Of a DNA stretch of 64,000 nucleotides, positions 27,625 to 37,501 are shown in pieces. The notes below the pieces were generated by a model. It had not been told where the DNA came from. It saw only the letters and a list, made by a program, of their open reading frames with translations, and ran no database searches. Numbering within the stretch: the stretch's first letter is position 1; each line of letters opens with the position of its first letter. Origin of the DNA: a virus. Where the stretch lies: IMG/VR virus record IMGVR_UViG_3300044858_003398, one strand, 5' to 3'. Position numbers and translations under genes: made by a program.

Positions 27625-28080
27625 CGTTTAATCCAATTTTTCCCGGAACTAGGACCCCTCCCCATCCCCGAGAAAATCCGACTTCCACCTTGACACCGCC
27701 CAGCTTCCCAGTTCGCCTTGGTGCCACAGATCCGCAGTGGTCAGGACCTGCAGTTACTTTTTGTCGGAGTCAATAGATATGTGCCTACATTTAGTAACTT
27801 TCCAGAATCTTTCTGAATTTGAAATTCTTGCACGAATGTTCTTGATTCTCGGTGTGTTTAGTCATATTTGAATCGCAGTGAATGACGGACGGTTGCGACT
27901 AGCACCGGGCTCCGGCAGAACGAAGATTGGGGTTCCCCCGACCATGCCACTACAGAATCTCATAAGCACACGGTAAAAGAGAATAGCAACAGGGGCGACC
28001 AGTGCTCTAACCAAGGAGGGGAAGTCTTCAGAACCCCACCTTCTCCGGAGGAGTTGTCTTGATATTCTTCAGAGTTGTTC

Positions 28081-28108
28081 TTGACTTCAGTAAAAGAGAA
28101 TGTATAAT
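28081..28108 (+). promoter_or_regulatory. sigma70 promoter with CAGTAAAAGAGAA box in the spacer
   Basis: TTGACT-16-TATAAT. Confidence 0.75.
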
Positions 28109-28158
28109 GGAGGAGTGCGGTGACGCGGCTCTTGTCCTCAGTTAAGGGCGACAACGTA

Positions 28159-28353
28159 ATGAATCCCATCATCTTGATCTACTACAAAGAATGGAGAAGA
28201 GCTTATCCTCTTGTTCCTGCTAAGTGGGTTTTGTATTATGCTAAGCATTGCAGTACTGGATATATGCATCCAGTATCTGCTGTAGCATTCTTTGGGTTCG
28301 CTACCAGAGCGGCCAAGTTTAAAGAACTCATCAGTAAAAGAGAAATGGGCTGA
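28159..28353 (+). CDS. hypothetical protein
   Basis: ORF track, internal ATG. Confidence 0.5.
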   Translation: MNPIILIYYKEWRRAYPLVPAKWVLYYAKHCSTGYMHPVSAVAFFGFATRAAKFKELISKREMG

Positions 28354-28552
28354 CGTAGCCCTTCCTTCCCGTTCGCCCCTAGTGACACCTTTTGACTGTG
28401 GTTAGGACTTCCATGATAACCTCTTTGTTCTTTGCTGTACTTAATCTGTTCATTGCTATGAACTCTGATAATCCTAACCCATGGTATAATTGGATGGCGT
28501 CAGGCTTCTGTTTTGGACTTTTCTTAGCCTCGGTCGTAATGGAGATGTCTGA

Positions 28553-28744
28553 ATGAATCTAATAGCAGTACTCATAGATGAAGACGGAAACATTCTATCT
28601 GCCTATGGGCCATTCCCATCAAGTGAAGCATTAAGAGAGTGGGCTAATAACGAACTCATGAAGATTGATCGGCTTGAGTGGTGGAGATACGAAGAGGTAA
28701 GGTTGGTGGGCGTAACGGAAGACAAGGGGGAAGTAGGCCCATGA
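28553..28744 (+). CDS. small YGPF-family protein
   Basis: AYGPFPSSEA; ends in repeat-encoded GVTEDKG. Confidence 0.55.
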   Translation: MNLIAVLIDEDGNILSAYGPFPSSEALREWANNELMKIDRLEWWRYEEVRLVGVTEDKGEVGP

Positions 28745-28971
28745 ATTGGCAACAAGTCCCAAATACAAGAGAGCTAGAACTATATATTGGATTCCTCCGA
28801 TATACAATAAGTGGCAAGTCTTGGAAGTGTGAATGTAAACTTGCTGACGGAAGCTTTGGTTTAGTGAAATCAGGGAAGGCAAGATCCCGCCCAGAAGCAG
28901 GTAAAAAGGCAGACCTACACTTCTTTAGTAACATCCTGCCTAACATGGGCGTAACGGAAGACAAGGGCTAA
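28741..28971 (+). CDS. hypothetical protein
   Basis: ATGA-coupled; ends in GVTEDKG. Confidence 0.5.
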   Translation: MNWQQVPNTRELELYIGFLRYTISGKSWKCECKLADGSFGLVKSGKARSRPEAGKKADLHFFSNILPNMGVTEDKG

Positions 28972-29014
28972 GTCGGCCCATTTCCTTTTTACTGAATGCG
29001 ATTGAGGCGAAGCC

Positions 29015-29218
29015 ATGGAATACATTGTAGTTCTCTCTGACTATCGTAAGGAAGACTGGGGCGAAGATACCCTAGTTCCGTTTAAGACGTTCGGCCCGTT
29101 CAATACGGAGGAGTCCGCTTGGAACTGGGTCATTGAGAAATTGCCAGAGCGGAACATAACTCACACCATGTCCAACATAGTGGAGATATCATGTCCGTGG
29201 CCGGATCTGCAACCTTAG
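29015..29218 (+). CDS. small YGPF-family protein
   Basis: TFGPFNTEESA; GGCGAAGCC before ATG. Confidence 0.6.
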   Translation: MEYIVVLSDYRKEDWGEDTLVPFKTFGPFNTEESAWNWVIEKLPERNITHTMSNIVEISCPWPDLQP

Positions 29219-29228
29219 GAGCGAAGTC

Positions 29229-29387
29229 ATGTACTGTGTAGCTATACAAGATGAGTACAATCTAGTCCAAGAGATCTATGGTCCATATAATAATACCAAC
29301 GAGTGTATGATGCATGTGGACAAGATGAGTCGGATGAATCAGATCCCGGAGGATTGGAAGTTCAAGATCTTCCCTATGCTCAAATAG
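29229..29387 (+). CDS. small YGPY-family protein (52 aa)
   Basis: read from sequence; paralog of 30550-30702. Confidence 0.6.
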   Translation: MYCVAIQDEYNLVQEIYGPYNNTNECMMHVDKMSRMNQIPEDWKFKIFPMLK

Positions 29388-29452
29388 GTCTATGAGGTCT
29401 CCCGATCACAGTCCTTAAAGCGGCAAGGCTTAGGTCCGCCAAATCACCTCCA

Positions 29453-29803
29453 AAAACATTGGGGTTTTGATAAAAAATGAGGTTTTGGGACCGCTATAAC
29501 ATAAACATAGATGAGGCCAATTTCTGGGCTCACTGGGCACGCCAAAACATCAAAAAACATTGGGGTTTTACATATGAACGATGACATGAACAAGGCTTTT
29601 GGGTTCGGATTCTTCTTCGGGGTCCTATTGAGTGCTGTACCTTGGGTGTTCTTAGGTGGATTCTTGGCTAGAATAGACCTTAGAGAGGCAGCCATCAAGG
29701 CAAAAGTAGCCGAGTACGACTCCAAAACAGGGGAGTTTAAGTACAAGATAGTGGACGAGGATTCCAGTATGTAGGACGCGAAATTGCGGAAAACATTGGG
29801 GTT
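29453..29803 (+). repeat. three copies of AAAACATTGGGGTT
   Basis: 29453-29466, 29554-29567, 29790-29803. Confidence 0.75.
29574..29774 (+). CDS. small membrane protein
   Basis: TM segment; AEYDSKTGEFKY. Confidence 0.5.
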   Translation: MNDDMNKAFGFGFFFGVLLSAVPWVFLGGFLARIDLREAAIKAKVAEYDSKTGEFKYKIVDEDSSM

Positions 29804-30075
29804 ATTGGAAAATATGGCATGCGGTGAGCCCATCTGTTTCCAAAATGGAAATAATTACCCCCTCTCGCTCTCGTCCTTCTTGTTCTTCTATTATTACTTC
29901 CTGTTTCTTATTAGGAATACAAGGAATTTGGCTCTATTTATTACGGTTGTTTAGAGCCACGTTCTATGGTCTATTCTGCCTTGTTCTCTCCGGTTCCTCC
30001 CCACGAATTCCAGAGAAACGGTGCTTGACAGATTGATTAGCATCGAGTAAGATAAGGAAAACGAGGAGAAAAAAG

Positions 30076-30291
30076 ATGAGATCTACTGAGAAAAGCCAAC
30101 GTATCGCAGAAAAAATAGAAATGATACGCGACGAACTCGCTGCAATCATGTCAGAGTTATCCTGCGTAGCAGATGAATGTGCCGAACTAGGTCTACTGAA
30201 TACTGAAGACGATATATGTGTAGCCCTTGGTCGAATTGGTTATGCGAAAGATGATTGTCTTGAACATCGCACGCTGGTTCCTTTGAACTAA
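30076..30291 (+). CDS. hypothetical protein
   Basis: GAGGAG RBS. Confidence 0.6.
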   Translation: MRSTEKSQRIAEKIEMIRDELAAIMSELSCVADECAELGLLNTEDDICVALGRIGYAKDDCLEHRTLVPLN

Positions 30292-30549
30292 CTGTCGCTG
30301 AACAAATGTATAGGTGCCCTATGCTTCGTTATGACAAAGTCGGCCTCTGGGAACTAGCCAACAAGATGGCAGAGGATGCTAATCTAGATGGTACTATTAC
30401 CTTTGGCCAATTGGCCGAGAAGTATGGTGTAAGGATTGAGGATATCTGCTTTGCAGTAAGTAGACATTGACCTTGGAAGAATGGGGAATATGTTTACCCA
30501 ATTGTCCCTTCAAAACCTCCAACAGCATAAATCAATTAAAGGCTTAGCC

Positions 30550-30702
30550 ATGTTCTGTGTAGTAATCAAAGATGCATCTGGTGAAGTCATAGAGATCTAT
30601 GGCCCATACACAGATACTAACAAATGTTTGGCTAAAGTAGATACACTTAGGGGCAAGATACCAAATGTTTGGCAATTTAAAATCTTCAATCTTTATCAAT
30701 AG
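30550..30702 (+). CDS. small YGPY-family protein
   Basis: MFCVVIKD...EIYGPY; GGCTTAGCC before ATG. Confidence 0.6.
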   Translation: MFCVVIKDASGEVIEIYGPYTDTNKCLAKVDTLRGKIPNVWQFKIFNLYQ

Positions 30703-30712
30703 GGCTTTAGCC

Positions 30713-31213
30713 ATGGGTTACACACTTAAAATCGGTGAAAGAGATGTTGACCTCACTGAAGATGGTGATAGAATCATAATCAGAGATGAAGAGTTTAGTT
30801 ATGCCCCAGCCTTTGGTGAGCCAACCGACTACACCAATGCTCGTTGGCCTTCTTATACTGGATGGGGCAATTTCTGTCGAAACATCGGCATTGAAGGTAT
30901 TATGTTCAACACTAGAAATGGTGGCTCTGACATATTTGAGTTGCCTGACGGTAGTTTCGTAGGATGTCTAATGCCTGAACATCCCGGCGTGGCTCGGATT
31001 ACCCAGAAGCACTTTGACTACATCAAAGCCAAGGTGGATACTTACAAGGCTCTACACCCGACCCATCGTGCCGAATTCCCACAAGAATCAATTGGTGATT
31101 CTTTTTCGCCAGATCCTGAATGCGATGGTAATTTGTGCAGGGCCGAATGGTTGTTGTTCTGGATGGAGTGGGCGATTCTCAATTGTGAGAATCCTACCTT
31201 TTACAATAGCTGA
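30713..31213 (+). CDS. conserved phage hypothetical protein
   Basis: MGYTLKIGE...PSYTGW...WMEWA...P.FYNS. Confidence 0.65.
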   Translation: MGYTLKIGERDVDLTEDGDRIIIRDEEFSYAPAFGEPTDYTNARWPSYTGWGNFCRNIGIEGIMFNTRNGGSDIFELPDGSFVGCLMPEHPGVARITQKHFDYIKAKVDTYKALHPTHRAEFPQESIGDSFSPDPECDGNLCRAEWLLFWMEWAILNCENPTFYNS

Positions 31214-31218
31214 GGGCC

Positions 31219-31431
31219 GTGCCCTCTGGGAGACCTCCTGTGAGCCTACAAGACGATTACTTTGATCTCAAAGCTTCCCTCAAGGGAGAGAACAAGAAGC
31301 GATTCCTGAGGATCTGGGAGGCCTTCTGCGAGGCCGAAGCTGAGAACGAGGAACTCCTTGAGATCAGTCGAGGTGCTCGCATGTTAATTGAGGGGACTCT
31401 GAAGAGACAATCTAGACTAGAGAAGGCGTAG
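31219..31431 (+). CDS. hypothetical protein
   Basis: ORF track. Confidence 0.5.
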   Translation: MPSGRPPVSLQDDYFDLKASLKGENKKRFLRIWEAFCEAEAENEELLEISRGARMLIEGTLKRQSRLEKA

Positions 31432-31432
31432 G

Positions 31433-31642
31433 TTGCTTATGATCCAGAATACAAAGATCAAGTGGGGTGAAATTATGTCTCACATGCTCTCGCTATCCTC
31501 AGAAGATGAAAGATGGAAGTATTATTGGATAGTAGATCGCCATTGTTGGGGAGAGGAAGATATTGCCATTCTTGATGGAATCATGGATAAGGTTCAGGAG
31601 CAGATGGGCGTAACGGAAGACAAGGGGGAAATCAGCCCATGA
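31433..31642 (+). CDS. hypothetical protein
   Basis: ends in repeat-encoded GVTEDKG. Confidence 0.5.
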   Translation: MLMIQNTKIKWGEIMSHMLSLSSEDERWKYYWIVDRHCWGEEDIAILDGIMDKVQEQMGVTEDKGEISP

Positions 31643-31827
31643 CTACATCAGAGAAGATAGCAGCTATTATGTTTGATGGCTTAGGGCCCGGCACAAAAGC
31701 ATACTATAAAGCTGAGTACTATATGGGGCAAGCTATTGCTCAGTACGGTGAGGAGGCTGTCCTAAAGACCATGCTGGAAGGCGAGCAGGCTGAACGGAAG
31801 ATAAGGAGTAAGTCGTCCCATGACTAA
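31639..31827 (+). CDS. hypothetical protein
   Basis: ATGA coupling. Confidence 0.55.
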   Translation: MTTSEKIAAIMFDGLGPGTKAYYKAEYYMGQAIAQYGEEAVLKTMLEGEQAERKIRSKSSHD

Positions 31828-32068
31828 AGATATTGAGTTCACTCCATACTATAAGAGCCTTTATCACGAGGACGATTCCAAGGAACAGATTCCTCTTTAC
31901 TGGTGGCTTAATAGGAACCTAGACGAAGGCCACCTAGAGGATCGCCTTAAGAAGGTGTCTAGCCTGATTGCCCTTATTGGGGCAGATTGGTTAACCTCTC
32001 ATCCAGAGAGTGTTGGCGAAGCAGCATACGCAATTGGATGCAATGGAAGGGACCATAAGGTTATTTAA
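31820..32068 (+). CDS. hypothetical protein
   Basis: overlapping operon. Confidence 0.55.
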   Translation: MTKDIEFTPYYKSLYHEDDSKEQIPLYWWLNRNLDEGHLEDRLKKVSSLIALIGADWLTSHPESVGEAAYAIGCNGRDHKVI

Positions 32069-32343
32069 TGAACGCTAAACAATTGAGAGAAATTGTTGAT
32101 GAATCACATATCTCTTCTCATAAAGCTTTGAAGCAGTCTATTTGTCGAAGACTTGAGACAGCCGCAGTTAATGGGCACTACGCGATCACTTTCGACCCAA
32201 AGTCTTTTGACGGCCCTTTTCTTTTACCGGAAACTGCCAGAAAACAGTTCTTGGATGAGTTGACAAAAGAAGGATTTGAGATAGAATGTGAAACACGATG
32301 GTGGAAAAGGAAGACAATCAAGATTTCTTGGGAAAATTCATAA
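32068..32343 (+). CDS. hypothetical protein
   Basis: TAATG coupling. Confidence 0.55.
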   Translation: MNAKQLREIVDESHISSHKALKQSICRRLETAAVNGHYAITFDPKSFDGPFLLPETARKQFLDELTKEGFEIECETRWWKRKTIKISWENS

Positions 32344-32352
32344 GGGGAAGCT

Positions 32353-32790
32353 ATGACTCTATCAGAACTTGTTCAATCATTGGGTGTAGAAAGATTTAAG
32401 GCTCAGCTTATTACTGAACTAAAAATCTTAGCCGAACAAAATCCAGACCATCAGTATGTGACTCACGAACAGCTCGCACTGTCACCCAATCTCCGTCCAA
32501 GCTGTTCTTATAACTGTGGTCCTAGATATTGGAATATGGGGGAGTATGCTGCATGTCCTAATTCTACTGAGGAGCAGAACAAAGGCTGCATATTTGGTCG
32601 TGCTTTGCGAGCTATGGGGGTCGAGTTGGGCGAACAGCATTCGAATATTGAATATATCCTAAATACTGCCAATGTTGGGAATAGATTTGCTGCGGCTTGC
32701 TTAGAGATTCAGGCAGGGCAGGACACTGGATCGAGGTGGGGAGAACTGGACATCTGTTCATTAGACAGATTTGTAGAAATCCCCTCTTGA
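32353..32790 (+). CDS. hypothetical protein
   Basis: AAGGGG RBS. Confidence 0.6.
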   Translation: MTLSELVQSLGVERFKAQLITELKILAEQNPDHQYVTHEQLALSPNLRPSCSYNCGPRYWNMGEYAACPNSTEEQNKGCIFGRALRAMGVELGEQHSNIEYILNTANVGNRFAAACLEIQAGQDTGSRWGELDICSLDRFVEIPS

Positions 32791-32828
32791 CAGCTAGCGA
32801 AGCTAGCATATGATGAAAGAGAGAAGAG

Positions 32829-33200
32829 ATGATGTCTAGGACATACGTAACAACTATAGAGTTAATGAAGCTGTATTGTAAGGCTGAGTATAAATGGGCA
32901 GTCTTCTTCTCCGGACTTAACTCTGGCGAGCCATTCCATTCAGACCCAGAAGGATGGGACGCATACATAAAAGAACGCAAGAAAGCTCTTATCTTTTTAG
33001 ATCCATCAGATGATAGCTATATGCAGGTTTTGATGGATGGCGAGGGCTTTTGTATATTTGACTCAGAAGACGAGATGAGATCTTTCTACGATATGATTGT
33101 TGGAGACGATGGTCCCACCAAATCAAATCCATACAATGGACCAATTCGAGTGTATGCACTAACGTGCGGCCCGAATGGGTTGATGAATGAGAACACCTGA
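32829..33200 (+). CDS. hypothetical protein
   Basis: promoter 32787-32814 upstream. Confidence 0.6.
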   Translation: MMSRTYVTTIELMKLYCKAEYKWAVFFSGLNSGEPFHSDPEGWDAYIKERKKALIFLDPSDDSYMQVLMDGEGFCIFDSEDEMRSFYDMIVGDDGPTKSNPYNGPIRVYALTCGPNGLMNENT

Positions 33201-33283
33201 TCTGGATACCTCCACTGTTCCACTAAGAGTTCATACGTGTAGACACGTTGGCTGGAATCAATTAGAATGAGACCACTTATCTT

Positions 33284-33356
33284 GCGATAGTAACTCAGTG
33301 GTTAGAGTTCCATTCTTATAAAGTGGCGGTCGAGAGTTCGAATCTCTCCTATCGCA
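33284..33356 (+). tRNA. tRNA-Ile (UAU)
   Basis: GCGATAG/CTATCGC acceptor, CCATT-CTTATAA-AGTGG, canonical D and T arms. Confidence 0.9.
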
Positions 33357-33445
33357 CTTACCAAAAGTAATAACTCGTATTTGCAGCACTATGTGGCAAA
33401 GCCTGATATCGGGCGTAACCATCGAAAGCACCATAGGAAAACGAT

Positions 33446-33679
33446 ATGACCCCACTAACTGTCACCATCTTATACCTAGTTATAATGATGGCTCTAATCT
33501 TTCTATCAGCTATAGTAGCTTCCTTTCAAGAGAAATGGCGAGACAGAGAAAGTCTAGTATTAATTGGATTGACTCTATCTATTATATGGCCTATAGGCTT
33601 GGTAGTAGCAATAGTCCTAGCAATGGTTCACGTTCTGATAAGTTTCACTCACTATCTGCATAATAGGACCATAGAATGA
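33446..33679 (+). CDS. two-TM membrane protein
   Basis: hydrophobic; WP motif. Confidence 0.6.
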   Translation: MTPLTVTILYLVIMMALIFLSAIVASFQEKWRDRESLVLIGLTLSIIWPIGLVVAIVLAMVHVLISFTHYLHNRTIE

Positions 33680-33900
33680 AGCCTGAAGATCAAGAGTGGT
33701 ACTCAAACGCACTAGAGGTACTATCTCCACTTCGATTCCACTTATTCGTACTTATTCAAGACATTGAAAATAAGCAGAGGTGGTCTAAGGCTGCAGGACT
33801 CCCATTCGGAATAGCTGGCTTAGAGGCGGCTAAATCCGCAGCAGGCGATGCAGAATTATTCTTTACTGGCTCCAGAGGAATTTACGAGGCGAAGCCATGA
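33676..33900 (+). CDS. hypothetical protein
   Basis: ATGA coupling; ends EAKP. Confidence 0.55.
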   Translation: MKPEDQEWYSNALEVLSPLRFHLFVLIQDIENKQRWSKAAGLPFGIAGLEAAKSAAGDAELFFTGSRGIYEAKP

Positions 33901-34136
33901 ACGAACTCGATGAAGTCCCAATGACTGGAACTCCCGACAACGATTATACCTTTGGCGATTATGTCTGCCGATGCCACAGATGTGGAGCCGACTATTATGG
34001 TCCAGATGGATTATTAGTGTGTCACGAGTGCTTTATAGATGTTATGGGCAAACCTGATAGTAACTGTTCACTATGGGTAATGCTATACCTATTTGGTTTA
34101 GGTTTGGCGGTATGGTCGATTTATCAATTAATATAG
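33897..34136 (+). CDS. zinc-finger + TM protein
   Basis: CHRC...CHEC, C-terminal TM. Confidence 0.55.
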   Translation: MNELDEVPMTGTPDNDYTFGDYVCRCHRCGADYYGPDGLLVCHECFIDVMGKPDSNCSLWVMLYLFGLGLAVWSIYQLI

Positions 34137-34144
34137 GAGAGAAC

Positions 34145-34396
34145 ATGACTTCGTCTATCAAGCACCTAATAGGTGCCTTACTCGTAATCTTCGGTATTTG
34201 TTTCGGTCTTTATATCGGAATTTGGTGGGGCTTTGTCGGCGGGATTATAGCTACCGTAGAAGCCTTTAAGGCTCCAGAGATTATTGCGTCTGATGTAGCT
34301 GCGGCCCTTGTCCGCATCTTCTTCTGTCAATTCCTCGGGCTCATTGCTGGACTTATCTTTTATCTGCCCGGATATATGCTGTTAGAAAGCAAATGA
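34145..34396 (+). CDS. membrane protein
   Basis: AGGAG RBS; hydrophobic helices. Confidence 0.6.
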   Translation: MTSSIKHLIGALLVIFGICFGLYIGIWWGFVGGIIATVEAFKAPEIIASDVAAALVRIFFCQFLGLIAGLIFYLPGYMLLESK

Positions 34397-34692
34397 TGGA
34401 ACTCCCCATAGAGGTAGTATTACATGTTCTCAAGCGGGGACTGACCCCAGAAGAGTCTACCAAACTTCTGGTAGACTACAGCGATATTCGAGCAAAATTG
34501 CTTGACAGGGACAGAAAGATCGCTAGAATAAGGAAAACTGCCGCAGAAGATGTTAAGAAGCTAGAGAGCGAAATCCTCTGCGGTCACGAAGTGACCAAGT
34601 ATCATGGCGATCCTTCTGGCGGATCAGATTCGCATGAAGAATGCCTGATCTGTGGAGAGATCGTTCAAGATAAACCATATAGGCGAAGCTAA
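34393..34692 (+). CDS. hypothetical protein
   Basis: CGH...CLICG. Confidence 0.55.
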   Translation: MMELPIEVVLHVLKRGLTPEESTKLLVDYSDIRAKLLDRDRKIARIRKTAAEDVKKLESEILCGHEVTKYHGDPSGGSDSHEECLICGEIVQDKPYRRS

Positions 34693-34910
34693 TGAGTGAC
34701 ATAGATATATCTTCGATTGTTTTGTGTGTATGCCCACTCTGCGGGGCGACAGCCAACATTTATGAAGGGTTTGACATTGATTGCGAGTCTAAGACCGCTA
34801 CGATTGAATGCACCAAGTGCCCTATTATGTTTGGCCCTATGTATCCTGACACAAAGCATGATGTAGTGAGGATGATCGAGAGATGGAATAAGCGGAATGG
34901 TGACAATTAA
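34692..34910 (+). CDS. Lar-like zinc-ribbon protein
   Basis: CPLCG...CTKC...WNKR. Confidence 0.55.
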   Translation: MSDIDISSIVLCVCPLCGATANIYEGFDIDCESKTATIECTKCPIMFGPMYPDTKHDVVRMIERWNKRNGDN

Positions 34911-35063
34911 AGTTTCTGGGAAGTGGGAAATAGTCTGTAAAATAGAACATTTGGTATGGATAGCTATCATACTGGAAGACTCTCCCTCAGTAACAGAGTT
35001 TGAAGTCTGGCAAGCTGGGTGTAGGCTTGATAAGAATAAGGCTGGCTATTGCGGATTCAGTAA

Positions 35064-35504
35064 GTGGAAACAATGACAACATTAAAGAGTATATATCATC
35101 ACCCGATGTGTCCCCGCTTCTTCTTTAAAAAGTATGATGGCGGCAAAGATTCTGGGGTAGTCGGTCGGTTCTTGGTCGAATGGAAGCCTTTCTTCTCAAT
35201 TGGCTTGCTCCACTTCCGCAACGGAAGCAGAAAAAACTATCACTCTCACGCCTTCAATGCCATAAGCTGGTTCATTTGGGGCAGTGTTACAGAAGAACAC
35301 CTCAAGAGCGACTCCAAAGAGTTCAGGGCTTCGCTCATTCCCAAGATCACAAAAAGAGATTGTTTTCATCGAGTAATCTCACACGGAGACACTTGGTGTG
35401 TTACAATTCGGGGACCTTGGACCCCAACTTGGTGGGAATATAGGCCAGATACGAACACGTTCATAGAACTAACACACGGAAGAAAAGAGGCTAAAGCCCC
35501 TTGA
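35064..35504 (+). CDS. cupin-like protein
   Basis: YHSHAFNAIS...EE...FHRV. Confidence 0.55.
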   Translation: METMTTLKSIYHHPMCPRFFFKKYDGGKDSGVVGRFLVEWKPFFSIGLLHFRNGSRKNYHSHAFNAISWFIWGSVTEEHLKSDSKEFRASLIPKITKRDCFHRVISHGDTWCVTIRGPWTPTWWEYRPDTNTFIELTHGRKEAKAP

Positions 35505-35570
35505 CAGACGACAAAGTCGTCATACAATGTGTGAAACAGTCCAAATCCTTGTCGGTGAGCGGAGCGAACC

Positions 35571-36416
35571 ATGTTTGTTGCATACTCTTCAATTGAAAAT
35601 TCCTACAGAGACAAATTTGTGGCATCAATAAGGGAGGCCGGTCTCGACAAAGTTGAGTGGGTCGCACTTGAGAAAGTTCACGGGTGCAACTTTGGGTTTT
35701 GGCCAATCGACGGAGCCGTAAAGCCTAGCCAGAGAACTCAGTTTACTGATGGCAACTTCTACGGGTCTGGTCCAATAGTGGAAGAGCTAACGCCTAGGGT
35801 GCTTGCTTTGGGTAAGACCGTGTATGGGGAATTGTTTGGGCAGGGCATCCAGAAGGGCGTCAATTACGGTAAAAAGAGATTTGCCGCCTTTGATATCTGG
35901 GATAATGGATTCTTGAACTATGACGACTTCGTCACACTATGTGATAAGTTTGACATAGCAAGGTGTGCCGAGATTGCCAGAGGATCATTTGGTGATCTAC
36001 TCTCTATCGATCCTGCCTTTCCCACCAAGATGAGCGACTGTGGAGCTACCGACATAGCTGAAGGTTTCGTAATGAAGCCTGTAGTTGAAGCCTCTACTGA
36101 GTTTGGTCGGGCAATCCTTAAGAAGAAGTCTGCCAAATTCTTGGAGAAAGCGGTAAAAGAGAAGTCTAACAAGCCGACTCTGTCTGACGAGCAGAATGAG
36201 GTTCTCTCTGTATGCCTCTCTTACCTTTGCCCCAATCGGGTGTCTTCAGCCGTTTCAAAACATGGCGAGAAATTCCCAATCATCTTGAAAGAAGTGGTTG
36301 CGGATATCATCAAAGAGGTTACAATTGACGGAGTTGAAGTGGATAAGCTGGTGATGAACGAGCTTAACTCTGCTACAGCTAAGTGTATTAGAGCAGAACT
36401 ATTCCCTAATCAATAA
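35571..36416 (+). CDS. RNA ligase, Rnl2 family
   Basis: EKVHGCNF, YGELFG, FDI, EGFVMKP, KKKS..F.E. Confidence 0.85.
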   Translation: MFVAYSSIENSYRDKFVASIREAGLDKVEWVALEKVHGCNFGFWPIDGAVKPSQRTQFTDGNFYGSGPIVEELTPRVLALGKTVYGELFGQGIQKGVNYGKKRFAAFDIWDNGFLNYDDFVTLCDKFDIARCAEIARGSFGDLLSIDPAFPTKMSDCGATDIAEGFVMKPVVEASTEFGRAILKKKSAKFLEKAVKEKSNKPTLSDEQNEVLSVCLSYLCPNRVSSAVSKHGEKFPIILKEVVADIIKEVTIDGVEVDKLVMNELNSATAKCIRAELFPNQ

Positions 36417-36426
36417 AGGCAAAGCT

Positions 36427-37500
36427 ATGAGTTTTCCTACACTGCACAAGATTGACTCAAAAGGAAAAATCCGGGTATGGTGTGTGACCGTTAGCGGTCC
36501 CACCTACTCAGTATCTCACGGACTCCTGAATGGGGCTCTACAAGAGACTCTAGTGATTTGCGAGCCTAAGAACGTTGGCAGGTCCAATGAGACGACCGGG
36601 GAATCTCAGGCTATTTCAGAGGCCCAAGGCCTCTGGAATAAGCAGAAGGATCGGAAGGGGTACACGGTGGAGATTCCTACAGAAGCTCCCAATCTGCCAA
36701 TGCTCGCCCACAAATACAAAGACCACATGAAAAAGGTGAAGTGGCCCTGTATTGCAGTTCAGAAGATAGATGGTTTGAGATTGATACTCACAATTAAAGA
36801 TGGTAAGGTTACTACCACGAGTAGGACTGGTACTACTTTTACTGGATTAGACCATATCACCAGTGAGTATGCTGGATTTGACGATATCGTCCTAGATGGG
36901 GAACTGTACAGCCGTACACTCACCTTTGAGCAGATTTCCTCAGTAGTTCGTAAGGGTGATGTGAATGATCCTAGGATGGGGAGCATCTTCTTCTATGCCT
37001 TCGATATTATCAATGAGGATACCTACCATCAAAGGGTTATCTATCTGGACACTCTCGTGAGTGGGCTCGCCCATACCGAAGTAGTCCCGTGGTACTTGGT
37101 GAACTCCCATGAGGAGATTGAAACTAAGCATAAGCAGTTCCTAGCTGAAGGCTGGGAAGGCACTATGGTGAGGAATATCGACTCCCTCTATCAGAAGAAT
37201 AAGAGGTCTTACGACCTGTTGAAGCACAAATCCTTCGACGATAAAGAATTCGAGATAATCGGATGCAGGTCTGGCGTTGGCAAATTTGAGAACGTACCAA
37301 TATTTGAATTAAAAACGGACGAAGGGTTTAAGTTTGAGGCTGTCCCAAAAGGAGACGAAGCCAGTAGGTCAGAATATTTAGAGAATGCAGATAGCTATAT
37401 TGGTAAATTTGCGACTGTTAAATTCTTTGGATTTACTAATACAGACAGTCCGGTTCCACGCTTCCCAGTAATAACCAATATAGACAGAGCGGGTACATAG
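36427..37500 (+). CDS. ATP-dependent DNA ligase
   Basis: PMLA, QKIDG, LDGELY, FDI, EGTMVR, LLKHK, PRFP. Confidence 0.9.
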   Translation: MSFPTLHKIDSKGKIRVWCVTVSGPTYSVSHGLLNGALQETLVICEPKNVGRSNETTGESQAISEAQGLWNKQKDRKGYTVEIPTEAPNLPMLAHKYKDHMKKVKWPCIAVQKIDGLRLILTIKDGKVTTTSRTGTTFTGLDHITSEYAGFDDIVLDGELYSRTLTFEQISSVVRKGDVNDPRMGSIFFYAFDIINEDTYHQRVIYLDTLVSGLAHTEVVPWYLVNSHEEIETKHKQFLAEGWEGTMVRNIDSLYQKNKRSYDLLKHKSFDDKEFEIIGCRSGVGKFENVPIFELKTDEGFKFEAVPKGDEASRSEYLENADSYIGKFATVKFFGFTNTDSPVPRFPVITNIDRAGT

Positions 37501-37501
37501 A

